Assembly (NCBI GenBank): GCA_040954595.2 | Contig: CM082583.2 | Coordinates: 7,872,849-7,936,848 of the forward strand | Length of the DNA: 64,000 bases | Direction of reading: 5' to 3' | From: Balanoglossus misakiensis | Lineage: Eukaryota > Animalia > Hemichordata | Part shown: one piece after another, positions 62,405 to 64,000 of the stretch | How the letters are laid out: each line of letters begins with the position of its first letter | Numbering within the stretch: the first letter of the stretch is position 1 | Translations under genes and position numbers: made by a program | The notes under the pieces: generated by a model | The model's input: the letters and a program-made list of their open reading frames with translations, nothing else | Databases searched by the model: none | Told to the model about the DNA's origin: nothing

Positions 62405-64000
62405 TTGGCAGAGTTGAGTACTGTCGTACATGTTTATCAAGATAGCTCCGTATTTCAACTCACGACTTGAAGGGTACCATAATGTGTTTAATATTCTGCG
62501 CACATTGGCCTTTCCGTGCGAATGGACGGCCCAGTTTTCGTGCGTACTATATGTTGGAAGAGAAAATAATGCTATCACCGCTCGCTGAACTACGGGACCG
62601 TGGTATTTCTGTGATTTGGTAACCCAACAGAGTAATTAAACCAATGCCGAGTGGAGCCAAGACAAACACAAGTGTCACATCTTAATCGTTACCTCCTACG
62701 CAAATCAAAACAAAATCAAATTGTCTGTCAGCGCCACCGAGTAGCACAACGGATGAACCCCCCCCCCCCCCCCCTTCGAGATCAATCGACAGGTCCTTCT
62801 GCTCAATGGCATCAAATACTTCATCGAAATTGCTGCGCTGACATCGAATACTCCGTCAAAATTACAGAGATAGTATTTCGAAAAGAGAGTTTATCACTCG
62901 CCCGGAATGATACCCCATTAAAACAGTTACACACATAACTAACGTTCCATTGCCTACAATCAACATTCACGTTTTCGTATTTTTACCGCTAATGAGTCCG
63001 GGGCTAAGACTATAATGTTTCACGCCGCCACTGGCCGCCAACATAGTACGACGTTCGCCAGCGCTCACAAAATGATTTTCCAACAAGGCACAACACGCGC
63101 CACGAACATCACCGCTGATATCATTGAATTCGCCTTTTTTTCATATCGCCATGTCCTGTTTGTCACACGACACGACCAGCACACACTGTCGGCAGACGGT
63201 TATAGATGGTGGATTTCGCAGATCAGCGACGGAACGACGTACCGAGCTATTTCCTTAAAATTTTACTTAGGGGGAGAGTGATGTATTTGGCGAGCTCGCC
63301 GACTACACCGAACTACGGCAGACGCTGAATGGAAAATTTAATATACAACACATATGTCCTTGAAATTAAAATAATGCGGGAATAGCAAGGATTGGGTTAT
63401 ATTTTGCAGAGAACAGCGTCTTCTTACAATTATACAGTAATAATTAATAGAAGTAAAATATCTTAGGTTAATTAAACGGAAGCACTGTGTCGTCTCTCTG
63501 TTCATTGCTCAAAAGACGACACTTACAGGGTTGGCTGCGTAGACAGCAAAAAAATCAGTTAAATATATCGTCCTTGTAACTAGGGCAGCGCCCGGTTATA
63601 TTAAACAGAAAGTGAACAGAATAAGTGAAAATGGGCAATATCGGTTGCTTGGATACGGTGGCAAACCACGAGACCAAGTGCCACACTTTGCATGATGCAA
63701 AGAGAAAAAGACACCGAGAATAACGCTCAGAAGTAGCGGGTGTGCAGTGTCACACATTAGGGTATCTGCATCTGACGCCGTGTAGAAATTAGCAATCTTG
63801 GTAAGACCGTTTTATGTTACTCGGAAAAGCTCTGTGTACGACCAGTATAATTTTAACAGGTCAAAAAAATTAACACCGGTCTTGTCGATTTCACCTGGGC
63901 TCGGCGACCAATTAGAATGACAGGACACGCGCGTGCCGTGTTCATAATTTTGACGCATATTGAACAAAATGTACATTGCACAGCAAAACCAGGCTAGATT

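Noticed and set aside
1-64000. Prokaryotic systems (operons, CRISPR, defence islands) and tRNA/rRNA genes
   Set aside because: The DNA is eukaryotic with spliceosomal introns; no repeat-spacer array or RNA gene was recognisable by eye. A covariance-model search would be needed to exclude small ncRNAs.

Overview
Eukaryotic, intron-rich animal DNA; the gene content suggests an invertebrate deuterostome such as a hemichordate (inference). I reconstructed three spliced genes by hand with GT-AG boundaries and consistent intron phases: (1) a cytosolic 5'-nucleotidase I (NT5C1A/B-like, + strand, 410-2189, start uncertain); (2) an apparently complete cytosolic carboxypeptidase 1 / tubulin deglutamylase (AGTPBP1/CCP1, + strand, 23 coding exons, 5175-28615, about 1323 aa); (3) a Trk neurotrophin receptor (NTRK, - strand, LRR-Ig-Ig-TM-kinase, 35374-51780; signal-peptide exon not found, probably beyond the window), tail-to-tail with AGTPBP1 as in vertebrates. 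The most interesting signals concern splicing. The Trk stalk has two 110-nt, same-phase, frame-incompatible exons with long AG-free zones, a distant TACTAAC and Rbfox motifs (candidate mutually exclusive exons), plus a candidate stop-containing exon giving a soluble Trk. CCP1 has three phase-compatible candidate first coding exons and a 15-nt microexon candidate. Also present are two MITEs, RFX X-boxes, a tandem CRE and a CpG-poor/CpG-rich split. No prokaryotic features, CRISPR arrays or RNA genes were seen; most listed ORFs are spurious intronic ORFs.
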